DNA of 64,000 nt from an uncultured bacterium (GCA_963786935.1 CAWBAN010000004.1:192001-256000); one strand, 5' to 3'; shown: positions 17,874-28,076, counted from the stretch's first letter. Notes: generated from the letters alone by a model not told the origin. Numbers and translations: made by a program.

Positions 17874-20336
17874 CTATCTCAAGAGCGCCATTTTTCTCGT
17901 TTCCACAAAGCTCCCGGCGCTGAGCCGGTAGAAATAGATCCCGCTCGCGGCGGCGCGGCCGTTCGAGTCGCGGCCGTCCCATGTCTCTTCGTAGCGCCCG
18001 GCGCTCCGATCCTCATCCGCGAGGGCACGCACGAGGCGCCCCGCCGCGTCATAGATCCGCAGCGACACATGCCCCGGCGCCGAGAGCCCGAAGGCGATGC
18101 GTGTCGTCGGATTGAACGGATTCGGATAGTTCTGCGCGAGATAGCTCGCATCGGGCGCTTTCGGCGTGTCGGTGCCCGTCACGTCGTCGGGCGCGATCAG
18201 CGCCAAGCCGCTCTCGTTGCCATGCCGGTCGACGGCCGAGACCTTGTAGAAATATCCGCCGTCCCAGCGCCAGTCGGCGTCGAAGTACTCGACCTCCACG
18301 GGCATGGCGATGCGATTACCCTCCGACGGAACGAAATCGGCCGATGTGCCGCGATACACGGAGTAGTGCCAGAGATCGGGCTCCACCTGTGCGTCCCAGG
18401 CAAGCTGCAGTCCCTCGGGCTCGAAGCTCTGCTCGGCCATGAGCCCTTCCGGCATGCCGGGCGCGAGGTTGTCCACCGAGTAGCCGCTGTCCGGCTCCGA
18501 GGCGACATGAGCGGCCGGGACCGTCGTATGGGCCGTCACGACGTATGTTTCCAAGGGAATGCCGGCGCTCGTCGAGTCGGTCTTCGTGGGAACCGTGAAA
18601 TCGTAATACTCCTCCTGCATGGCGGCATGGAAGCCGAGCGACTCCCATGTGCCGGGAGGGAGGCCGAGCGCGGCCGCGGCCGCTCCGGCAAAGCGCAGCC
18701 CGAGCGCTCTCTCGGGCGCGGTGAAGAACGATTCAACCGTGTGAGATTCGAGGGACGTCATATTACCGGCGGAAGGGAGCACGGCAGGCGCGGCGCCGCC
18801 CGAAACCAGCCGCCAGACGTTGTACCCCGTGATCGCGTAGGGGCCCACGTAGGCCACGTCGTACTCCGATCGCGCAACGTGCAGTCTCGCCCATCCTCCT
18901 TCATCCGCTGGGACGTCCGCGACGTCCTCGATCCGCGGCCAGCTTCCGCCCGGGAATCCCGGCGGCTTCACCCGCTGGGCGTAGATCTCGTAGTCGCTTC
19001 CGCTGCGAAAATCCCGCCACGCCGCAATCGCGCCGCCGGCGCCGTCCGAAGCGATCGCGGGCGTCAACTGGTCATGGACGGCGGAGCAGATGGCGACCCC
19101 GTCCGCGGTCCACTGCGCGGCTCCGAGGGCGCTCACTCGCTGCACATAGACGTCCGCGCCGCCGTTGCGGTAATCATGCCAGGTGATGACGGCGCCGCCC
19201 GCGCCGTCCGGAGCGATCGTCGGATTCGTCTGATTGCCGGCGGCAGTGCAGATTTGGACGCCGTCATCCCCCCACTGAACGGCGCCCGGATTATCGATCC
19301 GCTGGGCATAGATGTCTTTGAGCCCGTCGCGCGCGTCAATCCAGGCGATGATCGCCCCACCCGCGCCGTCGGCGACGATCACCGGCTCCTGCTGGTTGTT
19401 GGCCGCCGCGCAGATGACGGCGCCGTCGCCGGTCCATTGAATATCGCCGTAGCCGTTCACCCGCTGGGCGTAAATGTTTTCGTCCGCGCCCCCGGCCCGG
19501 AGGTCATACCACGTAACGATCGCCCCGCCCCCGCCGTCCGAAACGATCTCGGGATAATACTGGTTGCCGAAGGCCGCGCAGAGGGCGATCCCGTCGCCGG
19601 TCCACTTGATGTTTCCGCCGCCGTCCACCCGCTGGGAGTAGATATCGGAATAGACTCCGCCCCGCTGATCCATCCAGGCGATGATGGCACCCCCCACGCC
19701 GTCGGAGTCGATCACGGGACGCTGCTGATCGCCGCCGGCCGCGCAGATGGCGATCCCATTCGCGGTCCACAGGATCGTGCCCTTGTAATCCACCAGCTGG
19801 GCATAGATGTCGTAGTTGGCGCCGCCGCGCCGATCATACCAGGTGATGAAGGCGCCGCCCGCGCCGTCGGAGACGATCCGCGGATAAAATTGATTGTCCG
19901 CGGCCGTGCAGACGGCGATCCCGTCCGCGGTCCACAGGGGCGTTCCCGAGGCGTTCACCCGTTGGGCGTAGATATCGTACGTCGTCTTGTCGCGATAATC
20001 ATGCCACGTGATGATGGCGCCGCCCGCGCCGTCCGAGACGAGCTGGGGATAGAGCTGATAGCCGTCCGCCTCGCAGACGGCGATCCCGCCCGCCGTCCAG
20101 AGGGGGGTCCCGAAGGCATCCACGCGCTGGGCGTAGACATCGGTGTACTCCCCGGCGGCCTTGAACCAGGCGATGATGGCGCCGCCCGCGCCGTCCGGGA
20201 CGATCGCCGGCTCGGAGGAACCGTAGTTCGCGCCGATGAAAATGCCGTCGCCCGTCCAGTAGGCAGCCGCGGGTTCAGCGAGGAGCAGGACAAGCGAGCA
20301 CACGAGCAGCAGACGCATCATGACCTGGGATTTCAA
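17874..20336 (-). CDS. Third paralogous secreted repeat protein with FlgD-Ig/T9SS-like C-terminal domain
   Basis: Eight very regular WTxDGIAxC...DGAGGAIIxWxDxR...DIYAQRV repeats, a DVPADEGG stalk and a QNYPNPFNP...KMALLR tail. Start is TTG 20336 (after AGGAGG) or ATG 20321. Confidence 0.85.
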   Translation of the reverse strand: MKSQVMMRLLLVCSLVLLLAEPAAAYWTGDGIFIGANYGSSEPAIVPDGAGGAIIAWFKAAGEYTDVYAQRVDAFGTPLWTAGGIAVCEADGYQLYPQLVSDGAGGAIITWHDYRDKTTYDIYAQRVNASGTPLWTADGIAVCTAADNQFYPRIVSDGAGGAFITWYDRRGGANYDIYAQLVDYKGTILWTANGIAICAAGGDQQRPVIDSDGVGGAIIAWMDQRGGVYSDIYSQRVDGGGNIKWTGDGIALCAAFGNQYYPEIVSDGGGGAIVTWYDLRAGGADENIYAQRVNGYGDIQWTGDGAVICAAANNQQEPVIVADGAGGAIIAWIDARDGLKDIYAQRIDNPGAVQWGDDGVQICTAAGNQTNPTIAPDGAGGAVITWHDYRNGGADVYVQRVSALGAAQWTADGVAICSAVHDQLTPAIASDGAGGAIAAWRDFRSGSDYEIYAQRVKPPGFPGGSWPRIEDVADVPADEGGWARLHVARSEYDVAYVGPYAITGYNVWRLVSGGAAPAVLPSAGNMTSLESHTVESFFTAPERALGLRFAGAAAAALGLPPGTWESLGFHAAMQEEYYDFTVPTKTDSTSAGIPLETYVVTAHTTVPAAHVASEPDSGYSVDNLAPGMPEGLMAEQSFEPEGLQLAWDAQVEPDLWHYSVYRGTSADFVPSEGNRIAMPVEVEYFDADWRWDGGYFYKVSAVDRHGNESGLALIAPDDVTGTDTPKAPDASYLAQNYPNPFNPTTRIAFGLSAPGHVSLRIYDAAGRLVRALADEDRSAGRYEETWDGRDSNGRAAASGIYFYRLSAGSFVETRKMALLR

Positions 20337-20592
20337 TCGAACCACCTCCTGGTGCAGTGGAGCTATTTTCCCCGGATTCCGGATTCAGAGCACGGCAACA
20401 CGAAAAAGCAAATCCCCCTCGAGACGGTGTCCCCTCCCGGTCTCTCTTTTCCTTTGGTATTGATCATAATTATATCACAGTTCGCCCCCCATTTTCGACC
20501 GAATCCTGTCAATGGCTTGTCCGCGGCGCCAGCGCGTGCAAGATTCACCCAATACACAGCACATTACTCTGCATGAATAGAGGAAGGAACGT

Positions 20593-23500
20593 ATGAAATT
20601 CTTTCTTGGAATGGACGTCGGAACGGTCAGCGCGAAGTGGGCACTCGTCGGCGCGCGGGACGCAATCGAGGCGCTCGCGGCGAAACAAGGGAGCCCCGTC
20701 GCCGAGGTTTACGCCTACCCCGGCGATACGGCGAAGGCGATCGCCGTGTCGAGCTATCGGCGGATCCAGGGCCGTCCGCTCGAGGCGTCGGCGAAGCTCC
20801 TGAACGAGCTCTTCGAGCACGTCGGCTTCGAGGATATCGGCGGCGCCATCGTCACCGGCTCGGCGGCGAAGCTCGTGGGCACGGCCCTCGGTCTCCCCGT
20901 CGAGAACGAGTTCAAGGCCGCGGCGATCGGCATCGGCACGCTCTACCGCGACGTCGTCAACATCTTCGAAATGGGCGGCGAAAACTCGAAGTTCATCCAC
21001 ATATCGAACGACGACGGCCGGATCGGCATCGTCGACTACGAGACGAACGGGGACTGCGCCGCGGGCACCGGCTCCTTCATGGACCAGCAGTCGACGCGGC
21101 TCCGCTATCAGATCGAGGACGTCGGCAATCTCGTTCTCGCCGCCGAGCGCACGCCGAAGATCGCGGGGCGCTGCAGCGTGTTCGCCAAGTCCGACATGAT
21201 CCACGCGCAGCAGAAGGGCTACAAGCCGGACGAGGTGCTCAAGGGGCTCTGCGAATCGGTCGCGCGGAACTTCAAGAGCAACATCGCGCGGGGAAAATCC
21301 GTGCACGGCAAGACCGCCTTCATCGGCGGCGTGGCGCTCAACAAGGGCGTGGCCGGATCTCTCAGGCATATCTTCGAGCTCGAGGAGAAGGATTTCTTCG
21401 TGCCGAAAGAAGGCGTTCACGCAGCCGCGATCGGCGCCGCGATCATCTCGGGAGGGGGAAACGGTTCCGCGCCGGCCGCGCAGAAGAAAGCTGCGGGCGC
21501 GAAAGGCGCCGCGGACAAGCCGGCGCTCGACATCGCCATGCTGAAGGATCGCCTCGCTCACTTCACGTCCCAGGCCGCCTCGGAGTTCCCGTCGTTGAAG
21601 CGCCTCACGCGCGACCGCGTGCTCTTTCTCCGCGACCGCGTCGACAAGTATTCCTTCGACGGCCGGAAGCTCCCCGTCGACGCCTACCTCGGCATCGACA
21701 TCGGCTCGGTGAGCACGAACCTCACGCTCATCGACGACGGCGGCGCCGTCATCAAGGAGATTTACCTCCGCACGCAGGCGCGGCCGATCGAGATCGTGCA
21801 TCAGGGCCTGCAGGAGATCGAGCGCGAGGTGGGGGATAAGGTCAGAATTCGCGGCGTCGGAACGACCGGCTCGGGCCGCGAGCTCATCGGCGAGCTCATC
21901 GGCGCCGATACGATCGTCGACGAGATCACCGCGCACAAAACGGGCGCGGCGTTCATCGGGGACGCGATGATCGGGAAGAAGGTCGACACGATCTTCGAGA
22001 TCGGAGGGCAGGACGCGAAGTTCATCAGCATCTCCGACGGGATCGTCGTCGATTTCACGATGAACGAGGCGTGCGCCGCCGGCACCGGCTCCTTCCTCGA
22101 GGAGCAGGCCGAGAAGCTCGACGTGAAGATCGTGAACGAGTTCGCAGACCGCGCCTTTACGTCGGAGCGGCCGCTCCGCCTCGGCGAGCGCTGCACCGTC
22201 TACATGGAGCAGGACGTTTCGGCATATATGAAGAAGGGCGCGGCGAAGAACGACATCATCGCGGGGCTCGCCTATTCGGTCGTCCAGAACTATCTCAACC
22301 GCGTCGTCCGGGGCCGCAAGATCGGCTCGGTCATATTCTTCCAGGGAGGCACCGCGTACAACGACGCGGTCGCGGCGGCGTTCAGCGAGGTGCTCGGCAA
22401 GGAGATCATCGTCCCGCCGTACAACGGCGTCATCGGCGCGATCGGGGCCTCGCTCCTCGTCCGCGAGAAGGTGAAGGCGCTCGAGGTCGATTCGACCTTC
22501 CGCGGGTACGATCTCACCGCCATCGACTACAAGCTCCGCGAGTTCACCTGCCAGGGCTGCACGAACTACTGCGACATTCAGGAGTTCAACGTCGAAGGCA
22601 ACAAAACGTACTGGGGAGACAAGTGCAGCGACCGCTATCGCAAGCGCGCCAAGGTGCCGCGGAAGCCGACGATTCCGAATCTCATGACGCTCTATAACGA
22701 GGCTTTGGAGCGCGATTACATACCGCTCGTGGAGAAAGAGCTCGGCCGCCCGATCGACACGTCGGCGCCGGCCGGAAGCGGCGCGAAGCCGCGCATCGGC
22801 GTCGCGCGCTCGATGTATTTCTACGACCGGCATCCCTTCTGGGGCACGTACCTCCGCGCGCTCGGCGCCGAGGTCGTGCTGAGCCCCAAGACGAACAAGA
22901 AGATCGCGCATCAGGGGATCGAGGCGGCCGTCGCCGAGCCGTGCTTCCCGATTCAGGTCGCGCACGGCCATATCCTCGCGCTCCTCGAGCAGGGGGTCGA
23001 CGGCATCCTCACGCCGAACGTCGTCGACGGCGAGACGGACGCGCCCGAGGTCAAGTCGTACATGTGCCCGTGGGGGCAGACGCTCCCGTTCGTGCTCAGG
23101 CAGGCGCCGATCCTCGATGGGAAAGAGGCGCTCATGATGGCCCCGCTCGTGCATTTCAGGCAGGGGGAGAATTTCGTCGAGAAGGAGCTCTGGGAGTACG
23201 GCAAGCGCTTCGGCGTGAACCGGGCGCGCCACCGCCTCGCGGTCAGGGCCGGCTACGCGGCGCAGCGGATGTTCCGCGACGAGTGCGAAGCCGCGGGACG
23301 CGAGGCGCTCGACCTGCTCGAGAAATCGGGGGAGGCGGGCGTCATCCTCGTCGGGCGGCCGTACAACGTCATCGACAAGGAAGCGAACCTCGACGTGCCG
23401 GGAAAGCTGCGTGACTACTACGGCATGAACGTCATCCCGATATTCTTCCTCCCGCTCGACGGGATCGGCATACGCGACATCGTCGACAACATGTTCTGGA

Positions 23501-23832
23501 ACTTCGGGCGCAAGATCCTCCAGACGGCGCGGCTCGCCGCCCAGAAGGAGAACCTGCACCTCATCTACATCACGAATTTCAAATGCGGGCCCGATTCGTA
23601 CGTGAAGCACTACGCGTCGGGCGCCGCCGTGCGTCCCTATCTCACCCTGCAGTTCGACGGACACTCGAACGACGCCGGCGTCATGACCCGCTGTGAAGCC
23701 TACCTCGACAGCAAAGGAGTTCTCAGATGGTGGAAGAAAAGCGAGGGCTCAAAGGCCGCACGGTCTACATCCCCCGAATGTCCGACGAGGGAGCGCGGGC
23801 CTTTGCGGCAGCCTTCCGATATCTTGGAGTAG
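20593..23832 (+). CDS. Acyl-CoA dehydratase activase-like protein (two BadF/BcrAD ATPase domains plus DUF2229-type domain)
   Basis: Two ASKHA modules (GMDVGTVS / GIDIGSVST, EMGGENSK / EIGGQDAK, CAAGTGSF x2, RCSVF / RCTVY), then CQGCTNYC, PCFPIQ, MCPW and FKCGPDS. Confidence 0.9.
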   Translation: MKFFLGMDVGTVSAKWALVGARDAIEALAAKQGSPVAEVYAYPGDTAKAIAVSSYRRIQGRPLEASAKLLNELFEHVGFEDIGGAIVTGSAAKLVGTALGLPVENEFKAAAIGIGTLYRDVVNIFEMGGENSKFIHISNDDGRIGIVDYETNGDCAAGTGSFMDQQSTRLRYQIEDVGNLVLAAERTPKIAGRCSVFAKSDMIHAQQKGYKPDEVLKGLCESVARNFKSNIARGKSVHGKTAFIGGVALNKGVAGSLRHIFELEEKDFFVPKEGVHAAAIGAAIISGGGNGSAPAAQKKAAGAKGAADKPALDIAMLKDRLAHFTSQAASEFPSLKRLTRDRVLFLRDRVDKYSFDGRKLPVDAYLGIDIGSVSTNLTLIDDGGAVIKEIYLRTQARPIEIVHQGLQEIEREVGDKVRIRGVGTTGSGRELIGELIGADTIVDEITAHKTGAAFIGDAMIGKKVDTIFEIGGQDAKFISISDGIVVDFTMNEACAAGTGSFLEEQAEKLDVKIVNEFADRAFTSERPLRLGERCTVYMEQDVSAYMKKGAAKNDIIAGLAYSVVQNYLNRVVRGRKIGSVIFFQGGTAYNDAVAAAFSEVLGKEIIVPPYNGVIGAIGASLLVREKVKALEVDSTFRGYDLTAIDYKLREFTCQGCTNYCDIQEFNVEGNKTYWGDKCSDRYRKRAKVPRKPTIPNLMTLYNEALERDYIPLVEKELGRPIDTSAPAGSGAKPRIGVARSMYFYDRHPFWGTYLRALGAEVVLSPKTNKKIAHQGIEAAVAEPCFPIQVAHGHILALLEQGVDGILTPNVVDGETDAPEVKSYMCPWGQTLPFVLRQAPILDGKEALMMAPLVHFRQGENFVEKELWEYGKRFGVNRARHRLAVRAGYAAQRMFRDECEAAGREALDLLEKSGEAGVILVGRPYNVIDKEANLDVPGKLRDYYGMNVIPIFFLPLDGIGIRDIVDNMFWNFGRKILQTARLAAQKENLHLIYITNFKCGPDSYVKHYASGAAVRPYLTLQFDGHSNDAGVMTRCEAYLDSKGVLRWWKKSEGSKAARSTSPECPTRERGPLRQPSDILE

Positions 23833-25004
23833 ACGCGCACCCGTCCCCCGACGGGGACGAACGCACGTACGAGATCGCGGGACGCCACACGTCGGGAGAC
23901 GAGTGCCTTCCCGAGCGCGTGACGATCGGCGATTTTCTCAAGGTGGCCGAGCTCCCCGGATTCGATCCGGCGAAGACCGCCTTCTTCATGCCGACGGCGA
24001 GCGGCCCGTGCCGTTTCGGACAGTATTCCCCGTTCATGAAACAGGTTCTCCACGAGCTCGGCTACGACGACATCCTGGTCGTTTCTCCATCGAGCGCGGA
24101 CGGCTATGAGGGGCTCGGCGAGTACGCGGGCCCGATGATGCGGCTCGGCTGGTGGGGGCTCGTCGGGAGCGACGCGCTGCGCAAGATGCTCCATATCTAT
24201 CGCCCGCACGAGACGGAGCGGGGCGCGGCGGACAAGGCGTGCGACCGCGCGCTCGACATCTTCTGCGACGCGCTCGCCGACTCCTCCGTGCCGATCGGCG
24301 GGAAGAAGCTCGCGCAGCTCGCCGGCGCCCTCGAGAAGGGGCGGGACCTCTTCCGCGCGATCCCGGTCGATTTCGACCGCGACACGAAGCTCGTCGGCGT
24401 TGTCGGCGAGATCTTCTGCCGCCTGAGCACCTTCAGCAACGAGGATCTCATCCGGCGCCTCGAGACCTTCGGCGCGCAGGCGTGGCTCTCGGACATCGGC
24501 GAATGGGTGTGGTACACGAACTTCGAGCAGAAGAAAAACCTGAAAATGTACGGGCAGGGAGTCTCTCTCGAGATGCTCAAGGTGCGTATCAAGGAGCACG
24601 TCCAGCACTCGCACGAGGCGAAGATTCTCGCCCCGTTCAGGGAAGAGTTCGCCGGGCTCGAGGAGCCGCACGACGTGCGGGAAGTGCTCGAGCTCAGCGC
24701 GCCGTATCTGCCGTACAGCGGCTCGCTCGGCGAGATGGTGCTGAGCGTCGGCAAGGCTATCTATATGTACGAGCGGGGCATCGACGGCATCATCGACATC
24801 AGCCCGTTCACCTGCATGAACGGGATCATCTGCGAGTCGATCTATCCGAAGGTGAGCCGCGACTGCGACGGTATCCCCATCAGGACCTTCTACTTCGACG
24901 GCAGCCAGACCGATCTCGAGAACGACCTGGGCATATTCATGGAACTTGTTTCCAATTACAGCCGTAGAAAGACGAAGAGGCGCCTCCGGCGCCGGGCCGC
25001 GTGA
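23727..25004 (+). CDS. Activase-associated 2-hydroxyacyl-CoA dehydratase-like subunit (COG3581-like)
   Basis: Motifs TSGDECLP, SGPCRFGQY, VGVVGEIFCR, GEMVLSVG and ISPFTCMNG. Confidence 0.8.
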   Translation: MVEEKRGLKGRTVYIPRMSDEGARAFAAAFRYLGVDAHPSPDGDERTYEIAGRHTSGDECLPERVTIGDFLKVAELPGFDPAKTAFFMPTASGPCRFGQYSPFMKQVLHELGYDDILVVSPSSADGYEGLGEYAGPMMRLGWWGLVGSDALRKMLHIYRPHETERGAADKACDRALDIFCDALADSSVPIGGKKLAQLAGALEKGRDLFRAIPVDFDRDTKLVGVVGEIFCRLSTFSNEDLIRRLETFGAQAWLSDIGEWVWYTNFEQKKNLKMYGQGVSLEMLKVRIKEHVQHSHEAKILAPFREEFAGLEEPHDVREVLELSAPYLPYSGSLGEMVLSVGKAIYMYERGIDGIIDISPFTCMNGIICESIYPKVSRDCDGIPIRTFYFDGSQTDLENDLGIFMELVSNYSRRKTKRRLRRRAA

Positions 25005-25030
25005 TTCATTTTCCCCAAGGAGGTTCGAGG

Positions 25031-26404
25031 ATGCGCGTTCTCAAATCCCGCGCGACGCACCGGGTCGTCGCGCTCGCGATCTTCGTGCTCGTGTCGGCGG
25101 CTCTCGCGCCGGCGAGCGCGTGGAGCGCCGGCGAGAAGAAGACCGCGGCCGCGCCCGCGAAGTTCGCGGTGACGGTCGATTCTCTCGCGAACGGCCTCAA
25201 GGTGATCCTCCTCGAGGATCATTCCGTTCCGGTCGTGAGCCGCTGGACCTTTTACCGCGCGGGGAGCCGCAACGAGCGCCCCGGCATCACGGGGATTTCC
25301 CATTACATCGAGCATATGATGTTCAACGGGGCCGCCAAATACGGGCCCAAAGAGTTCGACAAGTCCCTCGAATCGAACGGCGGCTACTCGAACGCCTGGA
25401 CGAGCGAGGACATGACGGCGTACTACGAGGATTTCACGAGCAGCATCCTCGAGCTCTGCCTCGACCTCGACAGCGACCGGATGCGCTCGCTCTCGTTCCT
25501 GCCCGATATCTGCCCGACGGAGCTCTCCGTCATCCGCGAAGAGCGGCGCCTCGTTACCGATAACTCGGTTGACGGCGCGATGTACGAAGATCTCTTCGCC
25601 CTCGCGTACAAGGCGCACCCGTACGGCTGGCAGGTGATCGGATGGATGTCCGATCTCGAGAGCATCACCCGCGAGGACGCGGTGAGCTACTGGAAGACCT
25701 ACTATGCGCCGAACAATGCCGTGCTCATCATCGCCGGGGATTTCGAGACGAAGAAGGCGCTCGATCTCGTTCATAAGTACTACGACAACATTCCGGCGCA
25801 GACGCCCCCGCCGCCGGTCCGCACGCGCGAGCCCGAGCAGGCGGGCGAGCGGCGCGCCGAGCTGCACAAGCCGGCCGAGATGCCCGCGGTGCTCATCGGC
25901 TATCACATACCCGACGTCAAATCCCCCGATATCTACGCGCTCGACGTTCTCCAGATGATCCTCACTGACGGCGAGAGCTCGCGCCTCTACAAGAAGCTCG
26001 TCCGCGACCTCGGCGTCGCCGTCAACGTGCAGGCGGGCGCCGACTGGCGGGTGGATCCTTCGCTCTTCGTGTTCGACGTCAAGATAAAGCCGGCGGGGAA
26101 CGCCGCCGACGGCGAAAAGGCGATCTACGAGGAGCTCGCTTCGATTGCGGCCGGCGGCGTGACCGCGCAGGAGCTCGAGAAGGCCAAGAACCGCGTGCTC
26201 GCGAACTTCTACCGCAGCATCCAGACGGTGAACGGCAAGGCGAGCAAGATCGGGCGTTACGAGCTCCTCTTCGGCGATTTCAACGAGATCTACCAGGTGC
26301 AGGACCGCTACCAGGCGGTGACCCTCGACGACGTGAAGCGCGTCGCCGGTACGTACTTCGATCAGAAAAACCGGAGCGTTCTCACCCTGATTCCCGAGAA
26401 CTGA
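25031..26404 (+). CDS. M16 family zinc peptidase, catalytic subunit
   Basis: Signal peptide, GSRNERPGITGISHYIEHMMF (HxxEH), NAWTSED and YYAPNNA. RBS AAGGAGG. Confidence 0.92.
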   Translation: MRVLKSRATHRVVALAIFVLVSAALAPASAWSAGEKKTAAAPAKFAVTVDSLANGLKVILLEDHSVPVVSRWTFYRAGSRNERPGITGISHYIEHMMFNGAAKYGPKEFDKSLESNGGYSNAWTSEDMTAYYEDFTSSILELCLDLDSDRMRSLSFLPDICPTELSVIREERRLVTDNSVDGAMYEDLFALAYKAHPYGWQVIGWMSDLESITREDAVSYWKTYYAPNNAVLIIAGDFETKKALDLVHKYYDNIPAQTPPPPVRTREPEQAGERRAELHKPAEMPAVLIGYHIPDVKSPDIYALDVLQMILTDGESSRLYKKLVRDLGVAVNVQAGADWRVDPSLFVFDVKIKPAGNAADGEKAIYEELASIAAGGVTAQELEKAKNRVLANFYRSIQTVNGKASKIGRYELLFGDFNEIYQVQDRYQAVTLDDVKRVAGTYFDQKNRSVLTLIPEN

Positions 26405-26417
26405 TAAGGAGAATGTC

Positions 26418-27809
26418 ATGAAGAAGCTTCTCATCGCGGCGGTCGCGGCGGCGTTCGTCATGCACGCCTCGCTCGCGCTCGCCGGCACGGGAGCGGTGAA
26501 GCTCCCGCCGTACAAGGAATCGAAGCTCGGAAACGGCCTGCGCGTGTTCGTCATGGAGACGACGGAAGTGCCGCTCGTCACCGTGGCGCTCCTCGTCCCG
26601 AGCGGCTCGGCCGCCGACGGCCCCGGGGCCGAAGGCGTCGCGAACCTCACCGGTCGCCTGCTCCTGAAGGGCGCCGGGGGCATGAGCGCCGAGCAGATCG
26701 CCGACGCGATCGAAGAGGTCGGCGGCAACATGAGCGTGAACACGACCCGCGACTACACGGTCGTGTTCGCCAACTTCATGGCGAAGGATCTCTCGCGCGC
26801 CCTCGACATCATGAGCAAGGCCGTGCTGACTCCGGCATTCCCGGCGGAGGAGCTCGCGCGCGAGAAGGGGCTTGTCACGGCGGAGATCGCCGGCATCAAG
26901 GAGAATCCGATGGCCTTCGCGAGCCGCGAGGCGGTCCGCGTGCTCGTCGGAGACCACCCGTACGCTCACCCGGTGGACGGGAGCGCGACGAGCGTGGAGG
27001 ACTTGACCCGCGACGGCGTGCTCGCGTACTACAAGGCCAACTACGTCCCCGCCGGCGCGATCGTCGCCGTCGTCGGGAACGTGAAAAGCGCGCAGGCGCT
27101 CGATCTCGTGAAGGCGCGGTTCGGCTCGTGGAAGGGCGCGGCCCCGGCGCGCGAGATTCCGGCGCTCGAGCCGAAGAAGCTCCCCGGGCGGCGTGTATTC
27201 GTCGTCGACAAGAAAGACGCCACGCAGTCGCAGATCAGGATCGGCAACATCGCCGTGCCGCGGAACACGCCCGACTACTTCCCGCTCGTCGTCTCGAACA
27301 CCATCCTCGGCGGCGGATTCACCTCGCGCCTCATGAACGAGATCCGCGTCAACCGCGGCCTCTCGTACGGCGCCCGGAGCGGCGTCACGCACATGAAACA
27401 CGGCGGGTTCTTCACCGTCCTGACCTACACGAAGAACGAGACGATGCGCGAGGCGATCGACGTGTGCCTCAACGAGCTGAAGAAGCTCCGGGACGAGCGG
27501 ATCGGCGACGAGGAGCTCACGAGCAACAAGAAATATATCTCGGGGCTCTTCCCCTTCGATATCGAGACGAACAACGATCTCGCGGGCTGGCTCGTCGATC
27601 TCACCTACAACGGCGTGCCGCTCACCTTCATCGAGGAGTATCAGGGCAAGGTCGCCGCGGTGACGCCGGACGACTGCATGCGCGTCGCCCGGGCGCACTA
27701 CTGGCTCGACGACAATCTCCTGTTCCTCATGACGAGCTACGACGAAACGAAGGAGCAGCTGCAGGGGCTCGGGAACGTCGAGGTCGTCGGAATCGATAAG
27801 ATCGAGTGA
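26418..27809 (+). CDS. M16 family peptidase, non-catalytic partner subunit
   Basis: M16 fold motifs (LGNGLRV, ILGGGFTSRLMNEIRVNRGLSYG) but no HxxEH. Signal peptide present. Confidence 0.88.
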   Translation: MKKLLIAAVAAAFVMHASLALAGTGAVKLPPYKESKLGNGLRVFVMETTEVPLVTVALLVPSGSAADGPGAEGVANLTGRLLLKGAGGMSAEQIADAIEEVGGNMSVNTTRDYTVVFANFMAKDLSRALDIMSKAVLTPAFPAEELAREKGLVTAEIAGIKENPMAFASREAVRVLVGDHPYAHPVDGSATSVEDLTRDGVLAYYKANYVPAGAIVAVVGNVKSAQALDLVKARFGSWKGAAPAREIPALEPKKLPGRRVFVVDKKDATQSQIRIGNIAVPRNTPDYFPLVVSNTILGGGFTSRLMNEIRVNRGLSYGARSGVTHMKHGGFFTVLTYTKNETMREAIDVCLNELKKLRDERIGDEELTSNKKYISGLFPFDIETNNDLAGWLVDLTYNGVPLTFIEEYQGKVAAVTPDDCMRVARAHYWLDDNLLFLMTSYDETKEQLQGLGNVEVVGIDKIE

Positions 27810-27960
27810 GCGGCGCGGGTCCTGTTGCCCCGCACGCGGGGCCTGTCGGCGATTGCACCCCGCCCGTGCTCGCAAGCTGCGCGCGGGCGGGGACCCCATC
27901 GCCGCCACCCGCTACTCGTGCACGGGGCAGGGACCCCATCGCCGCCACCCGCCACACGTG
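27810..27960. repeat. REP-like intergenic element: hairpins plus a 23-nt direct repeat
   Basis: GGGACCCCATCGCCGCCACCCGC occurs at 27890-27912 and 27930-27952. It is preceded by the stems CCCCGC-AC-GCGGGG and CCCCGCCCG...CGGGCGGGG. Confidence 0.6.
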
Positions 27961-27996
27961 CTCATGCGCAGTCCTCAGAGCCGCCAGTGGTGCGCC

Positions 27997-28025
27997 TTGT
28001 AAAATACCCCTGATGAGAGTATAAT
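27997..28025 (+). promoter_or_regulatory. sigma70-type promoter
   Basis: TTGTAA-N17-TATAAT, about 50 nt before ATG 28077. Confidence 0.65.
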
Positions 28026-28076
28026 AGTTGCGGTAAATCCCGACAAAATGACGGCGAACATGGAAAGGAGATTTCC

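Noticed and set aside
2270..20336. Diversity-generating retroelement or recombinational shuffling acting on the repeat proteins
   Set aside because: No reverse transcriptase or recombinase is present, and I saw no near-identical TR/VR pair. The paralogs look diverged at all codon positions.
27890..27952. Mini CRISPR array
   Set aside because: There are only two 23-nt copies with a 17-nt spacer, too short for CRISPR, and no cas genes.
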